A DNA stretch of 64,000 nucleotides from a virus. How positions within the stretch are numbered: the stretch's first letter is position 1; each line of letters begins with the position of its first letter. The DNA is taken from the IMG/VR virus record IMGVR_UViG_3300042898_004337, positions 5,607 to 69,606 of that record. One strand, given 5' to 3'. Position numbers and translations under genes: made by a program. This document shows, in pieces, positions 52,558 through 62,729 of the stretch. The notes under the pieces are model-generated. The model was not told where the DNA came from. It searched no databases and saw nothing but the letters and a program-made list of their open reading frames with translations.

Positions 52558-53885
52558 ATATATTTTTCAGCTTCTTTTGTTAAAGACAATTTGTCAATTT
52601 TTCCTATACTATTATAAGGAAAATCTTTTACAACCCAAATTTTTCTCGGGCAATGACTAAACGGCATCTTGCTTCTAACATAATTTTCTAAATCTAATTG
52701 AGAAATATTATGTTGAGATTTTACAAAAGCATACGGTTTAAATCCTTTTATTTTGTCTTGTACCTTTATTACCGTTGCAGATTCAACACCTTCATATTGT
52801 TCTAAAATTTTTTCTATTTCTGACGGATAAATTTTTACTCCGCCACATGCAAACATATCATCAAATCGGCCTATGAAATAATAAAATCCATCTTTATCTA
52901 TTTCAAATAGATCATTAGTAACAAAAAAACCATCTTTAGTAATTTTAGATTTATCTAAATCAGTGTATCCAATTAACATAGAAGGGCTATTTATTTCAAG
53001 TATATTATTGATCAATCTATATTCTATATCAGCAAACGGATATCCAACACTTGTTTCCGGAGTAGGTAAAAACGGATGATTTCCAAATAAACTAGAACCA
53101 ACTTCAGTAAGACCGTAGCCTAGTCTAATAGTCGCATTTGGAAATATTCTTTTAGCTTTTTGAAAAGTGGAATAACTTGTCGGAGCACTTGTCAGACGAA
53201 CTAATTTTACAGTATCAAACATTTTATTATTGTTTAACATATTAATTACCGTCGGAACACACACGATATTATTAATGGCATATGAATCTATAAACGTCTC
53301 AAATGAATTTATACTAAATTTCTCAGCAGTAAATAATGTTCCGCCATTTGCTAAACTTAATAAACAATTAAATAAACCGTTTAAATGGTACAAGGGACTA
53401 CTGATTAATTTTAAACTTTTAGTTCCTCGAGGACTTACAGTTCTTTCTACATTAATTTTTAAATTATGGGGTACAATTACTCCTTTAGATTTGATTGATC
53501 CAGAAGTGAATAAAATAGTGCATGGATCTCTACCATTTCTTTCAACAATTGGTATATCGTTAATCTCTTGAAATATTTTAGAAGACAACCTATAGTCTAT
53601 ATCTAAATCAGAAAGTACTTGCTTTTTCTTTTCTTTTGATAAATTATTATTAACAAGGACACTGATATTACCTGACTTTAACACTCCTAGATAAGCAGCA
53701 ATAAATTCAACAGGGTTAGATATATCAAGAAATATTTTTTTATTTTTTAGATCGATACTACTAAGATAGTGGGCATAGTTTCCAACTAAACTGTTTAATT
53801 CTTTATATGTTAATGACTGTGCTCCGTTAGATATTGCAAGTTTATTTAAATTTTGATAGTTAATTACAGAACACAAATTATACAT
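52551..53885 (-). CDS. AMP-dependent synthetase/ligase (acyl-CoA ligase-like adenylating enzyme)
   Basis: TSGSIKSKGV resembles the (S/T)SG(S/T)TGxPKG AMP-binding motif; GYGLTE block. Confidence 0.55.
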   Translation of the reverse strand: MYNLCSVINYQNLNKLAISNGAQSLTYKELNSLVGNYAHYLSSIDLKNKKIFLDISNPVEFIAAYLGVLKSGNISVLVNNNLSKEKKKQVLSDLDIDYRLSSKIFQEINDIPIVERNGRDPCTILFTSGSIKSKGVIVPHNLKINVERTVSPRGTKSLKLISSPLYHLNGLFNCLLSLANGGTLFTAEKFSINSFETFIDSYAINNIVCVPTVINMLNNNKMFDTVKLVRLTSAPTSYSTFQKAKRIFPNATIRLGYGLTEVGSSLFGNHPFLPTPETSVGYPFADIEYRLINNILEINSPSMLIGYTDLDKSKITKDGFFVTNDLFEIDKDGFYYFIGRFDDMFACGGVKIYPSEIEKILEQYEGVESATVIKVQDKIKGFKPYAFVKSQHNISQLDLENYVRSKMPFSHCPRKIWVVKDFPYNSIGKIDKLSLTKEAEKYIC

Positions 53886-53896
53886 AAGGTATTTAT

Positions 53897-54163
53897 ATGA
53901 TTAAAAAATTTGCAATTATAGATAAGGCGACTGGTCTTATCTGTTATATAATAAATGAATATATAACTGTCTCAGACGACAACATTATAATTGAAATAAA
54001 AGAAACCAGTGAGTTTTTTAAAGTTGTTAACAATAAAAATATTATCGAATACCATCTTACGTTGAGCTCAAGGGGATTGGAAATTTTATTAGAAAATGAA
54101 ATTAGTGCAGAATTAAAAGAAAAAAAACAAAGAGTTATTAATTATTATGAAACGAAATTTTAA
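53897..54163 (+). CDS. hypothetical small protein (88 aa)
   Basis: ORF track; possible precursor/carrier-sized. Confidence 0.35.
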   Translation: MIKKFAIIDKATGLICYIINEYITVSDDNIIIEIKETSEFFKVVNNKNIIEYHLTLSSRGLEILLENEISAELKEKKQRVINYYETKF

Positions 54164-55031
54164 TTTTAATAAATTAACGTGTCAATTTACTTATACAGTT
54201 AACGAGTTTGATCCAATTATTACAAACAACTACCTCGAGGCTATTGATTTATCAGTTACAGACTTATATAATGATGCTAAATTAAAAAACATCAATCAAA
54301 TAGGATTGTGCCTTTCGGGTATAGATAGTGAATTAATTGCTAATTCTTTATATAAACTAAAAGTTCCTTGCGAATATTTTTTCCTCCATATTCGAAATAT
54401 AAATGACAATATGCTCGAAGGAGCAAAATTAATTTCTCAGTACCACAACACAAAACTTAACATTTTCGAAATCACAGTTAATGACATCTTTGATTATATT
54501 ATCGACGAAATATTTCAAATTTGTCCTGTTATGTTTCCGGGATATGTGGTAGGTGCAATACTAACTAAATTTATACCAAAAGAGTTTTATATCATAATGG
54601 GAGAAGGGGATATAGAAAAAAATAATGTCAACAAATATCTTACAATTTATAATAATTCGGTTAAAGATTTTGATAATCAATACATCTACATACCTTTGCA
54701 CCTCTCAGAAATTTTATACAATCAATGTTTAACTCATTATAATAAACAAGGAGAAGGTAATTTTTATAGTAGAAATTTTAATACTTGGTATCATATTTTA
54801 AAAGATCCAAGATTAAGAACTAATTTCAAATTTTTTTATGAACCAAAGTCGAGCATAATATTTCCCGATTATCATCATCAATCTGTTTATAAGAAAAAAA
54901 CTGATAACTTTGTATTTGGTAAAAATCCAGATGTTGCAACAAAAATCATGGACCACCTACAAAAAACAGCTAGTGCTAATTGGAGCCCTTATATAGGAAC
55001 CACACTTAGAATACCTAAAAACTTACTATAA
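54147..55031 (+). CDS. PP-loop-like protein (degenerate SGxDS)
   Basis: LCLSGIDSELI. Confidence 0.35.
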   Translation: MKRNFNFNKLTCQFTYTVNEFDPIITNNYLEAIDLSVTDLYNDAKLKNINQIGLCLSGIDSELIANSLYKLKVPCEYFFLHIRNINDNMLEGAKLISQYHNTKLNIFEITVNDIFDYIIDEIFQICPVMFPGYVVGAILTKFIPKEFYIIMGEGDIEKNNVNKYLTIYNNSVKDFDNQYIYIPLHLSEILYNQCLTHYNKQGEGNFYSRNFNTWYHILKDPRLRTNFKFFYEPKSSIIFPDYHHQSVYKKKTDNFVFGKNPDVATKIMDHLQKTASANWSPYIGTTLRIPKNLL

Positions 55032-55042
55032 TAAATATTGCG

Positions 55043-55645
55043 ATGATCGGTATATACTCAAACAACTTAGAAAGATTTCTACTCGTTAAAGACGACAGAT
55101 GGATATCTTTACAAACTGGTAAAATTCTTTCATCCAAATTTTTATTGTCTTTATTTGAATTTAATAATAACAGTATCAATAATGATAATTGCAGCACATG
55201 GGGTATAAAAGATCCTAGTATTGCAATGCTTGATAAACCAATTCCTCGAATAAAACATATCGAAGATCAACTTTTTGATACTCGAGAACGATCACCGGAT
55301 ATTCCTCAGAATGTTTTTTTAGAATATCAGAATTATTGCAATTTTGCATATAATGTTGTGTTGTCTTCTAGACTAACTGATGCAAGTTTAAACTCTAGCG
55401 ATCAAAAATATATATTATCCTTAGTTAGCGATGATATTTCACTATCAACATTATCCGACGACACCGGCCTGGCTAAACCTTTTCTCTGGCATATAGATCA
55501 TATTTTATATTTTTCTTCATCTAGGCAAGAGGCTTTAGAAAAAATATCAAAAATTTTCAAAGAAAACACCAATATGAGTTCATCATTATATTCATATAGG
55601 CAAACTTTCTACAACTATTTAAGAAAATATGAAACTACTATATAA
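55043..55645 (+). CDS. hypothetical protein (200 aa)
   Basis: ORF track. Confidence 0.4.
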   Translation: MIGIYSNNLERFLLVKDDRWISLQTGKILSSKFLLSLFEFNNNSINNDNCSTWGIKDPSIAMLDKPIPRIKHIEDQLFDTRERSPDIPQNVFLEYQNYCNFAYNVVLSSRLTDASLNSSDQKYILSLVSDDISLSTLSDDTGLAKPFLWHIDHILYFSSSRQEALEKISKIFKENTNMSSSLYSYRQTFYNYLRKYETTI

Positions 55646-56936
55646 AAGCACTTCGGTTAATTCTTACAGCGTTGCAACAACTCTGTCTAAATTTTTTGAC
55701 GAGCTCGACGAAGGAGGAAGATTTTATTGTAATATTGCAAGAGCAAATCCACCCGCTGCATATTTGTCAAGAGCCGGAGAATGGAGTGATCCTTGGGATA
55801 CGGTAGTACCGTCCGGATGGGAGATTCCACTTTTTGATTTAAAGTTCAATCTATCATTTGAAGAAGTAACAGACCGCAGGGCAATGGATATAAAAAATAT
55901 TATCGATCAAACAGGTAAAAACTGTGTTGTATTTTATTCTGGAGGAATAGACAGTACTGTTGTAATGGCCTCGTTAATAAAAAATCTAGGACAAGAATAT
56001 TTAGAAAAAATAATAATTTCAATGAGTGCTGATTCTATTATAGAAAATCCATATTTCTATACAAATCACATCGAAGGTAAATTTAAAATTATCGATTCTT
56101 CTAAAAATTTTTATAGTGATTTTATAAAAAATAAACAACATTTTTGTATATCAGCTGATCTAGGTGATTTCATTTACGGAACAGAATTGGGGGTTAAACT
56201 GTATCCTCAAATGAAATACCTTGAAGAAACTATGCAGACTGCCGGTAGAAAAAATCTCAGTCATCTTTACAACAAGGTAAGTGATTCAAACACGCACTAT
56301 TCTGAGTATCGAGATATTTTAATATATTATTTTAATACTGCATTAAAGAGAGGCATAAACTCTTTAAAAACTATACCCTACGTTCCACAAAATATAAGTT
56401 CTGAAAATTCTCACGATGCAAATTTTGGACATTTATTTTATGAAAAAATACACAACAATATAAAAAGTGTCAATGTACCGATTTACAGTTTGCATGATTT
56501 CTTCTGGTGGTCAATGTTTAATCCTAGATTTGTTTGGGGTGCAGTTCGTCCTGCAATGGTTTACGGACTTAACGATAATTTTAAATCAATATTAACTGAA
56601 GACATAATAAGCTGGTTCGGTTCTTTAGATTATCAACAATGGAGTATGCATAATAACAATAACGGGGAAAAACTTAAAGGCATTACACAAAGTACATACA
56701 AGTGGGCATCAAAATGTTATCTGCACAAATTTGATAAAAACGATTTTTATTTTTTTAATAAAATAAAAATGCCATCTATGCCAGTAATTATTGCTCGAGT
56801 ATACAAACAAAATTGGAAGGATCTAGATACTAGATGGGCGCTGGACGAAAATTATCGAGTTTTAAAAATAGATCAACCCGAAGTCAAATGTTACTTTGAA
56901 GCCGGGTTGAAGAACTATAAAATAGATTGGGTTTAG
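55629..56936 (+). CDS. PP-loop ATP pyrophosphatase (asparagine synthetase-like)
   Basis: VVFYSGGIDSTVVMA PP-loop. Confidence 0.5.
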   Translation: MKLLYKSTSVNSYSVATTLSKFFDELDEGGRFYCNIARANPPAAYLSRAGEWSDPWDTVVPSGWEIPLFDLKFNLSFEEVTDRRAMDIKNIIDQTGKNCVVFYSGGIDSTVVMASLIKNLGQEYLEKIIISMSADSIIENPYFYTNHIEGKFKIIDSSKNFYSDFIKNKQHFCISADLGDFIYGTELGVKLYPQMKYLEETMQTAGRKNLSHLYNKVSDSNTHYSEYRDILIYYFNTALKRGINSLKTIPYVPQNISSENSHDANFGHLFYEKIHNNIKSVNVPIYSLHDFFWWSMFNPRFVWGAVRPAMVYGLNDNFKSILTEDIISWFGSLDYQQWSMHNNNNGEKLKGITQSTYKWASKCYLHKFDKNDFYFFNKIKMPSMPVIIARVYKQNWKDLDTRWALDENYRVLKIDQPEVKCYFEAGLKNYKIDWV

Positions 56937-57913
56937 TGTTTCTTAATATTGTCTAACAAGCCTTTACTGAAGAAATTTTCGTACTTTGAATAAATTTCTT
57001 TTGATAACTCTTTAAACGTTTCTAGATCTTTCTGAGATAAATCAACTACTTCGATTCCGTCTGCTCGTGCTTTATCAATTGTAGGACTAACATCATCTAC
57101 ACTGATTTTTCTTTCGAATCGGCCAGCTTCTACTGCTGCTTCCTTTAATAGATTCTGCATCTCGTAATCTAAACTATTAAAGAATTTAGTGTTGATAATA
57201 ATATTAGTTAATAACAGACTGTGACCTGTGTTAAAAATACTTTTAGCAACTGTGTTTTGATCGCAACCGTAAATTCTAGGCCAAGAGCTTTCACCTGCAT
57301 CAATTCTACCATCTTTTATTGCAGGGGTAATTTCTTCAACATCCATTACAATAGGATCTGCCCCTAGTGCTTTAAATGTATCAAAGCATACAGGACTGTT
57401 AGATACTCTAACCTTAGCACCTTTTAAGTCACTTAACGAAGTAATCTTTTTATTAAACGGGAGATTCTTATATCCTCCACTATAGGTAAATGCCAAACCT
57501 TTGATATTACTGTTAGTTTTAGAATAACCGTTTAATAGTTGATCACCAATAGGTCCTTCAAATACTCTAGCTGCATGATCGTGATCGTTGAATAAAAATG
57601 GCATGTCCAATGCATTTAGGTCTTTGTTAAACTTACTCAAGACGTAGGTATACATTTGACTCATTTCAATTTCATCTTTATCCATCAAATCAAGTAAGTC
57701 ATGCTTGGTTATTTTTTTACCGTTTTGATATTTTTCAGCATATTCACTAAGCATTAATACTTCAATTTTTAATCTTCCTGGAGCTCTTTCTTCTACTATC
57801 TCAGCAAATTTTTCAGCAGCTCTAATAAAAATTTCAATAGGTTCGTGTGCAAGCACCCATCTAACTAGTTTGGCGGTCATATCAATCTCCTTTATACCAC
57901 TCATATTTAGCAT
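56933..57913 (-). CDS. TRAP-type DctP-like solute-binding protein (no signal peptide detected)
   Basis: PFLFNDHDHAARVFEGPIG...KGLAFTYSGGYKNL resembles DctP family core. Confidence 0.4.
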   Translation of the reverse strand: MLNMSGIKEIDMTAKLVRWVLAHEPIEIFIRAAEKFAEIVEERAPGRLKIEVLMLSEYAEKYQNGKKITKHDLLDLMDKDEIEMSQMYTYVLSKFNKDLNALDMPFLFNDHDHAARVFEGPIGDQLLNGYSKTNSNIKGLAFTYSGGYKNLPFNKKITSLSDLKGAKVRVSNSPVCFDTFKALGADPIVMDVEEITPAIKDGRIDAGESSWPRIYGCDQNTVAKSIFNTGHSLLLTNIIINTKFFNSLDYEMQNLLKEAAVEAGRFERKISVDDVSPTIDKARADGIEVVDLSQKDLETFKELSKEIYSKYENFFSKGLLDNIKKH

Positions 57914-57949
57914 AAATAAAATTGATTACTACCGTTTCTAGGAGAATTT

Positions 57950-58324
57950 ATGATAATTTTTAAAAGAGTATTTAATAGGCCAATGCCAGAAATTTTCTGG
58001 CATTATGAAGTAATGCAGCCAGACGATGAGTGGTTAACTCGTTGGCATTATTACATTGGAGAAGAAAAGATCACTAAATGGGAGCATAATGTGAGTGAAG
58101 ACCAATTGACTTTAAATTATTATGCCGAATGGGAAAATTTAGAGGAATTTCACAAATACGATCACGATACGGAAATGGATCCATTTTGGATCATACGAGA
58201 CGAGTATAATGCTTTAGTAGGCATTACCGCAGGTGCAAAAATTATTGAAATATCAAGCGAAGACGGAACTGTACAAGAAATTATTCTGCCCGAAGGTAAT
58301 TGGAACATATCAGACATACTTTAA
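57950..58324 (+). CDS. hypothetical protein (124 aa)
   Basis: ORF track. Confidence 0.4.
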   Translation: MIIFKRVFNRPMPEIFWHYEVMQPDDEWLTRWHYYIGEEKITKWEHNVSEDQLTLNYYAEWENLEEFHKYDHDTEMDPFWIIRDEYNALVGITAGAKIIEISSEDGTVQEIILPEGNWNISDIL

Positions 58325-58331
58325 AAGAGGG

Positions 58332-59243
58332 TTATTGTATTGCCTGAGAATGGCGTTTTCTAATATTTGAAATAGAATTAATCCTATCATTAAAAAAATC
58401 TTCAGCATTAATTGAGTCAAACACTGGACTTCTCATATCACTAAGTTTCATTATCTCATCATTGCCTACTATTTTAGTAGATTTGTCTAAAATTCTTCCT
58501 ATAGTTTTTCGTTTTGCTTCGCTCATTTGTCTATTCGAAACAATCACATTAAACACTGACGGAACATTTATACCCTGTTCAGATAAAGTTTTTATAGATG
58601 GTTCGTAGAGAGATCTTGTCGTACAACTAAGTCCTAAAATTTTAATATTCGAATTCTTTTGTTTAAAATTTTGAACTGTGGATAGTCGTTCTATAGTAAA
58701 ATTAACTCCATTATTTCCTGCAAGATTGACAAATGCATCGAAGTTTGATTTAAATGGAACTAATCTAACTGGAATATTATATTTTCTACCAATTTCTAAT
58801 GCTGTAAGATGAGTAGCATTTCCAATTCCCACTGTTCCGACTACGATTTCGGACGTGTGTTGCAGACTCGAAACACCAACAGATTGTATTCCGTTTGACG
58901 ATACAACAGCCCAACATGCATCTCCCATACCGTGGATAGCAACATAATCATTTCTTTTAATTAAATTTTTCTCAACATTGTCAACAAATGCAGCATGTAC
59001 AATTGCTAGAGCAGACGACGGATTTATATCCGTTTCTTTTAATGCAACTATTCCCTGGCCGCCAGGTTTTATTTGAATTTTAAAAATATAGTCTTGTTGA
59101 GATGAGTTAGCTTTTGTAAGTACTTTTTCTAAAGAATTGTGCCCGCTGTGACCTGCACTATAAGGTGAGTTTATCCAAATTAGTTCTGTAGAATTAGCTA
59201 TAGAAGTGATAAAAATTAAAATTGTAAAAAAAATAAATCGCAT
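58332..59243 (-). CDS. TctC/Bug-family periplasmic solute-binding protein (second)
   Basis: signal peptide; WINSPYSAGHSGHN, KPGGQGIVA, GTVGIGNATHL...VPFKSN family blocks. Confidence 0.5.
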   Translation of the reverse strand: MRFIFFTILIFITSIANSTELIWINSPYSAGHSGHNSLEKVLTKANSSQQDYIFKIQIKPGGQGIVALKETDINPSSALAIVHAAFVDNVEKNLIKRNDYVAIHGMGDACWAVVSSNGIQSVGVSSLQHTSEIVVGTVGIGNATHLTALEIGRKYNIPVRLVPFKSNFDAFVNLAGNNGVNFTIERLSTVQNFKQKNSNIKILGLSCTTRSLYEPSIKTLSEQGINVPSVFNVIVSNRQMSEAKRKTIGRILDKSTKIVGNDEIMKLSDMRSPVFDSINAEDFFNDRINSISNIRKRHSQAIQ

Positions 59244-59401
59244 AGTGTCCTCTATAAATGTACTGCATTGTATTTAATGCTACTATATATTAAGGAAAAT
59301 TTATGCCGTTAATAATTATTAGACCGTATCCCTAAACAATACTAAGCTACAATACTGAGGAAAAGCAGATAGTGATAACTAAATATATCACAAGGTGAAA
59401 T

Positions 59402-60136
59402 ATGACTACACCAAGAGTACGATTTAATTGGTCTATGCTAGATCGAGAAACTATTGCAGGTTTCCTGTACTCTCTTTATCCGGAATTAGTCGGGCAACAG
59501 CTTACTATAGAAAAATTCCACAGCAAAATTACCAATCATTTAAAAAAATTAGCGCCAGTTAGGTTTAAACGAAGTACTAATTTTAAAGTAGAATCCAATC
59601 AAGTTTGGGTGGGCGGAACATATTATAGTGAGTGGGACCAAGATAAAAAGAAGGCTGTAGAGATAATATTTGTTTATTCGTTGTTTGACGAGCATATATG
59701 CATAACTAAAAAACGCTACAAGGGAATGTGTTATACAGTAGCAGACACCCTACTACACGAATTGATACACATGAGGCAGTATCGTAGGCGTAAATTTAAA
59801 ATTATTCCAGATTATGCCAGCACTGCAAACAAAACAGAAGTGCAAATGGAGCAGAGTTATTTGGGCTGTTCCGATGAAATAGATGCATACGGATTCAATA
59901 TCGCTTGTGAATTAATAGACAAATTTAAAGGTGATGTGGACCAAATCGTCGACTACCTAAGTGAAAACCAAAAAGGCATCAGACGACGTCACAACAGTTG
60001 GAGAATGTATTTAAGAGCATTCCAACACGATCACAACCATCCCATTATCCAACGATTAAAAAAGAAAGTAGTTCGATATCTACCGCAAGCAGCCATTGGT
60101 AAACCTTACCGTAATAAAGACTGGATAGACCGTTGA
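59402..60136 (+). CDS. HExxH zinc-metallopeptidase-like protein (SprT-like)
   Basis: LLHELIHM motif. Confidence 0.4.
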   Translation: MTTPRVRFNWSMLDRETIAGFLYSLYPELVGQQLTIEKFHSKITNHLKKLAPVRFKRSTNFKVESNQVWVGGTYYSEWDQDKKKAVEIIFVYSLFDEHICITKKRYKGMCYTVADTLLHELIHMRQYRRRKFKIIPDYASTANKTEVQMEQSYLGCSDEIDAYGFNIACELIDKFKGDVDQIVDYLSENQKGIRRRHNSWRMYLRAFQHDHNHPIIQRLKKKVVRYLPQAAIGKPYRNKDWIDR

Positions 60137-60167
60137 CATGCAATGTTAATACTGCTATACTGGCAGT

Positions 60168-60395
60168 ATGACATACACTCTATACAAAAGTCAAATACGC
60201 ACTCTCAAACAGAGCGATCCTAAATTCGTAATCTACGACGGATTGATGCAGGCACCTCGAGCAGGATTTGAGATCAATCAAAGTTGTCCAAAAGAATACA
60301 AGATGATTATCAATGAATGTATTCGTCACGGTTGGCTCAAACCTGTTGCCAATGTTACAGAGCGTGAACTTATTTTTATGGGGCTCAGTGAATGA
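60168..60395 (+). CDS. hypothetical protein (75 aa)
   Basis: ORF track. Confidence 0.4.
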   Translation: MTYTLYKSQIRTLKQSDPKFVIYDGLMQAPRAGFEINQSCPKEYKMIINECIRHGWLKPVANVTERELIFMGLSE

Positions 60396-61225
60396 CATTA
60401 AATACATATATTATGAATTTCCCTTTTTCAAATAACCCAAAAATAGGCATTGTGGGCCTAGGATTTGTAGGCAGTGCCATTGCTAGATCAATGGAAATCT
60501 CAACTGACCTTATACTAGTTGATAAAGATACAACAAAAGGTTCACACACATTTAAAGATCTCGCCGACTGCGAAGGCGTGTTTGTCTGCGTACCTACTCC
60601 AATGGGAGACGATGGCAAATGCGATGCCAGTATATTAGAGTACGTCTTAGAAAAACTTAAAGATTACAAAGGCGTTATTATCAGTAAGTGTACTGCACCA
60701 CCTAGTGTGTACCAAACTCTAAATGATCAGTACCCTAATCTAGTTCATGCTCCGGAGTTTCTAACTGCTGCCAATGCTGAGAGAGATTATATAAATGGCA
60801 AGTTTGCCATTATCGGCGGTAGCGTAGGTGCATATCAGCGTGATGCAGAACGCATTATTCGGCTTGGGCAAACTGCATTAGAACAGGTACAGCATTGCAC
60901 TATCCAAGAAGCCGCACTGAGCAAATATGCTATCAATTCATTCCTATCGACTAAGGTTACGTTTATGAATGAGTTATATGCCCTTGCTACTAAAACAGGG
61001 CAAGATTATAATAAGATTGCCAGTATGATTACAATGGATAGTCGTATTGGCAATAGTCATATGAAAGTGCCAGGACCCGACGGCGAGTTCGGATTTGGTG
61101 GTATGTGCTTTCCAAAAGATACTTCTGCTCTATTAAAATACGCAGAACAACAAGGTGTGCAAATGAATGTTTTGGACTCCGCAGTTAAGAAAAATCTAAT
61201 ACTACGCTTGACTGAACCTAAATAA
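60392..61225 (+). CDS. nucleotide-sugar (UDP-glucose/GDP-mannose) dehydrogenase-like protein
   Basis: KIGIVGLGFVGSA Rossmann motif and VFVCVPTP block typical of UDP-glucose 6-dehydrogenase N-domain; ATGA overlap. Confidence 0.5.
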   Translation: MTLNTYIMNFPFSNNPKIGIVGLGFVGSAIARSMEISTDLILVDKDTTKGSHTFKDLADCEGVFVCVPTPMGDDGKCDASILEYVLEKLKDYKGVIISKCTAPPSVYQTLNDQYPNLVHAPEFLTAANAERDYINGKFAIIGGSVGAYQRDAERIIRLGQTALEQVQHCTIQEAALSKYAINSFLSTKVTFMNELYALATKTGQDYNKIASMITMDSRIGNSHMKVPGPDGEFGFGGMCFPKDTSALLKYAEQQGVQMNVLDSAVKKNLILRLTEPK

Positions 61226-61274
61226 TAATGTATTATAATATACAAGTCATCCACGACAATAACTCGGAGAATAA

Positions 61275-61973
61275 ATGGATACAAGTAAAAATCTATCGCA
61301 AGTTATCCGCGATCGAATGAAACAAGATAACAAACGCTTCTGGGCAGGCGACAACATCAGCGACTATGTCGACAACAATGTTATGCCTGAACTTATTGAC
61401 GAAGCAACAGAGGCCTTTGAAAAAGTGTTAGATTCACTGTTGATCGATCGTGAAACCGACCCCAACAGCAAAGGCACAGCACGTAGACTGGCCAAGATGT
61501 ACTACAATGAAATAATGGCAGGAAGATATGAAGCAGCACCAGACGCAACAGCATTTCCAAACGATTCAGAAGACCGATACGAAGGTATGCTGGTGGTACG
61601 TAGTGAGTTGCGCTCTATGTGCAGTCATCATCATCAGCCCGTTAGCGGTGTCGCTTACATTGGCATCATCGCCGCAGAAAAACTTATTGGTCTTAGCAAG
61701 TACACTCGTATTGCTCAGTGGTGTGCTCGTCGCGGGACTCTCCAGGAGGAACTTTGCAACGACATTGCCCGAGAAATTAGTAAAGCTACTGCCTCAGAAA
61801 ACGTAGCAGTCTACATTCAAGCAGTACACGGGTGCTGTGAGAATCGTGGCATCATGGCGCATAGTTCATTAACTCAAACAACTGTGCTCAAAGGATCATT
61901 TAGAGATGATCCAGCTACAAAGAAAGAATTTTTTGATAACATCAAATTACAACAAGAGTTCGCACCTAGATAA
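61275..61973 (+). CDS. folE: GTP cyclohydrolase I-like (T-fold) enzyme
   Basis: SELRSMCSHHHQPVSGVAYIGII resembles FolE CEHH...active-site block. Confidence 0.5.
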   Translation: MDTSKNLSQVIRDRMKQDNKRFWAGDNISDYVDNNVMPELIDEATEAFEKVLDSLLIDRETDPNSKGTARRLAKMYYNEIMAGRYEAAPDATAFPNDSEDRYEGMLVVRSELRSMCSHHHQPVSGVAYIGIIAAEKLIGLSKYTRIAQWCARRGTLQEELCNDIAREISKATASENVAVYIQAVHGCCENRGIMAHSSLTQTTVLKGSFRDDPATKKEFFDNIKLQQEFAPR

Positions 61974-61985
61974 TTAAGGATAAAA

Positions 61986-62717
61986 ATGAAAAAAGGTAAA
62001 TTAAACATTCCAAGCCGCCCGACTAACTTGGCTCGCCCGACGGCTCCGACGGCACCAACTACTACTGCGATGCCAACGCAGCCAGGAGGTAAACCGCCAT
62101 CAATTATGATCGCTGTTCCATCAATGGAAATGGTCAATGCAGAGTTTGCACAACATCTTGCCATGTCGGCTGCTAATCTAGTAGCACACGGTATTAAGAT
62201 TAATTGTGCATTTAATATCGGATCAGTTATTACTATTGCTCGTCGTAATCTAGTTGACATCTTTTTAAAGAGTGACTTTGATTATATTTGGTGGGTTGAC
62301 AGTGATATGAAGTTTCCAATCGATGCTCCTATTCGTTTACTCAAGCGGAACAAAGACATTGTGGGTGCTAACTATCGTCGTCGTCGTTTCCCTAATGCAA
62401 ACTTCACAGGTATGGTTGGATCTAGCGGAAACTTCCGTGAATTCCAAACTACAGATAATAGTCCAGCAATGGAACTGATCGATGTTCTACCACACGGTCT
62501 AGTACTTTGCAAGCGTGAAGTATATGAAAAAATCCCACAGCCTCATTACTTGCAAGAGTTTATTCCAGAACTTAATTTGGAAATCGGTGAAGATATCTTC
62601 TTCTGTCAACAGGCACAAAAAGCAGGTTACGAGATCTGGTGTGATCAAGAGTTGAGTCGTGAAACAGCTCATATTGGAATCTTTCACTTCAATTACAATT
62701 TAAGTGTTCCTAAATAA
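61986..62717 (+). CDS. putative glycosyltransferase (DXD)
   Basis: signal/Thr-Pro-rich N-terminus then YIWWVDSDM DXD-like motif. Confidence 0.35.
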   Translation: MKKGKLNIPSRPTNLARPTAPTAPTTTAMPTQPGGKPPSIMIAVPSMEMVNAEFAQHLAMSAANLVAHGIKINCAFNIGSVITIARRNLVDIFLKSDFDYIWWVDSDMKFPIDAPIRLLKRNKDIVGANYRRRRFPNANFTGMVGSSGNFREFQTTDNSPAMELIDVLPHGLVLCKREVYEKIPQPHYLQEFIPELNLEIGEDIFFCQQAQKAGYEIWCDQELSRETAHIGIFHFNYNLSVPK

Positions 62718-62729
62718 AAAGGTGAATTT

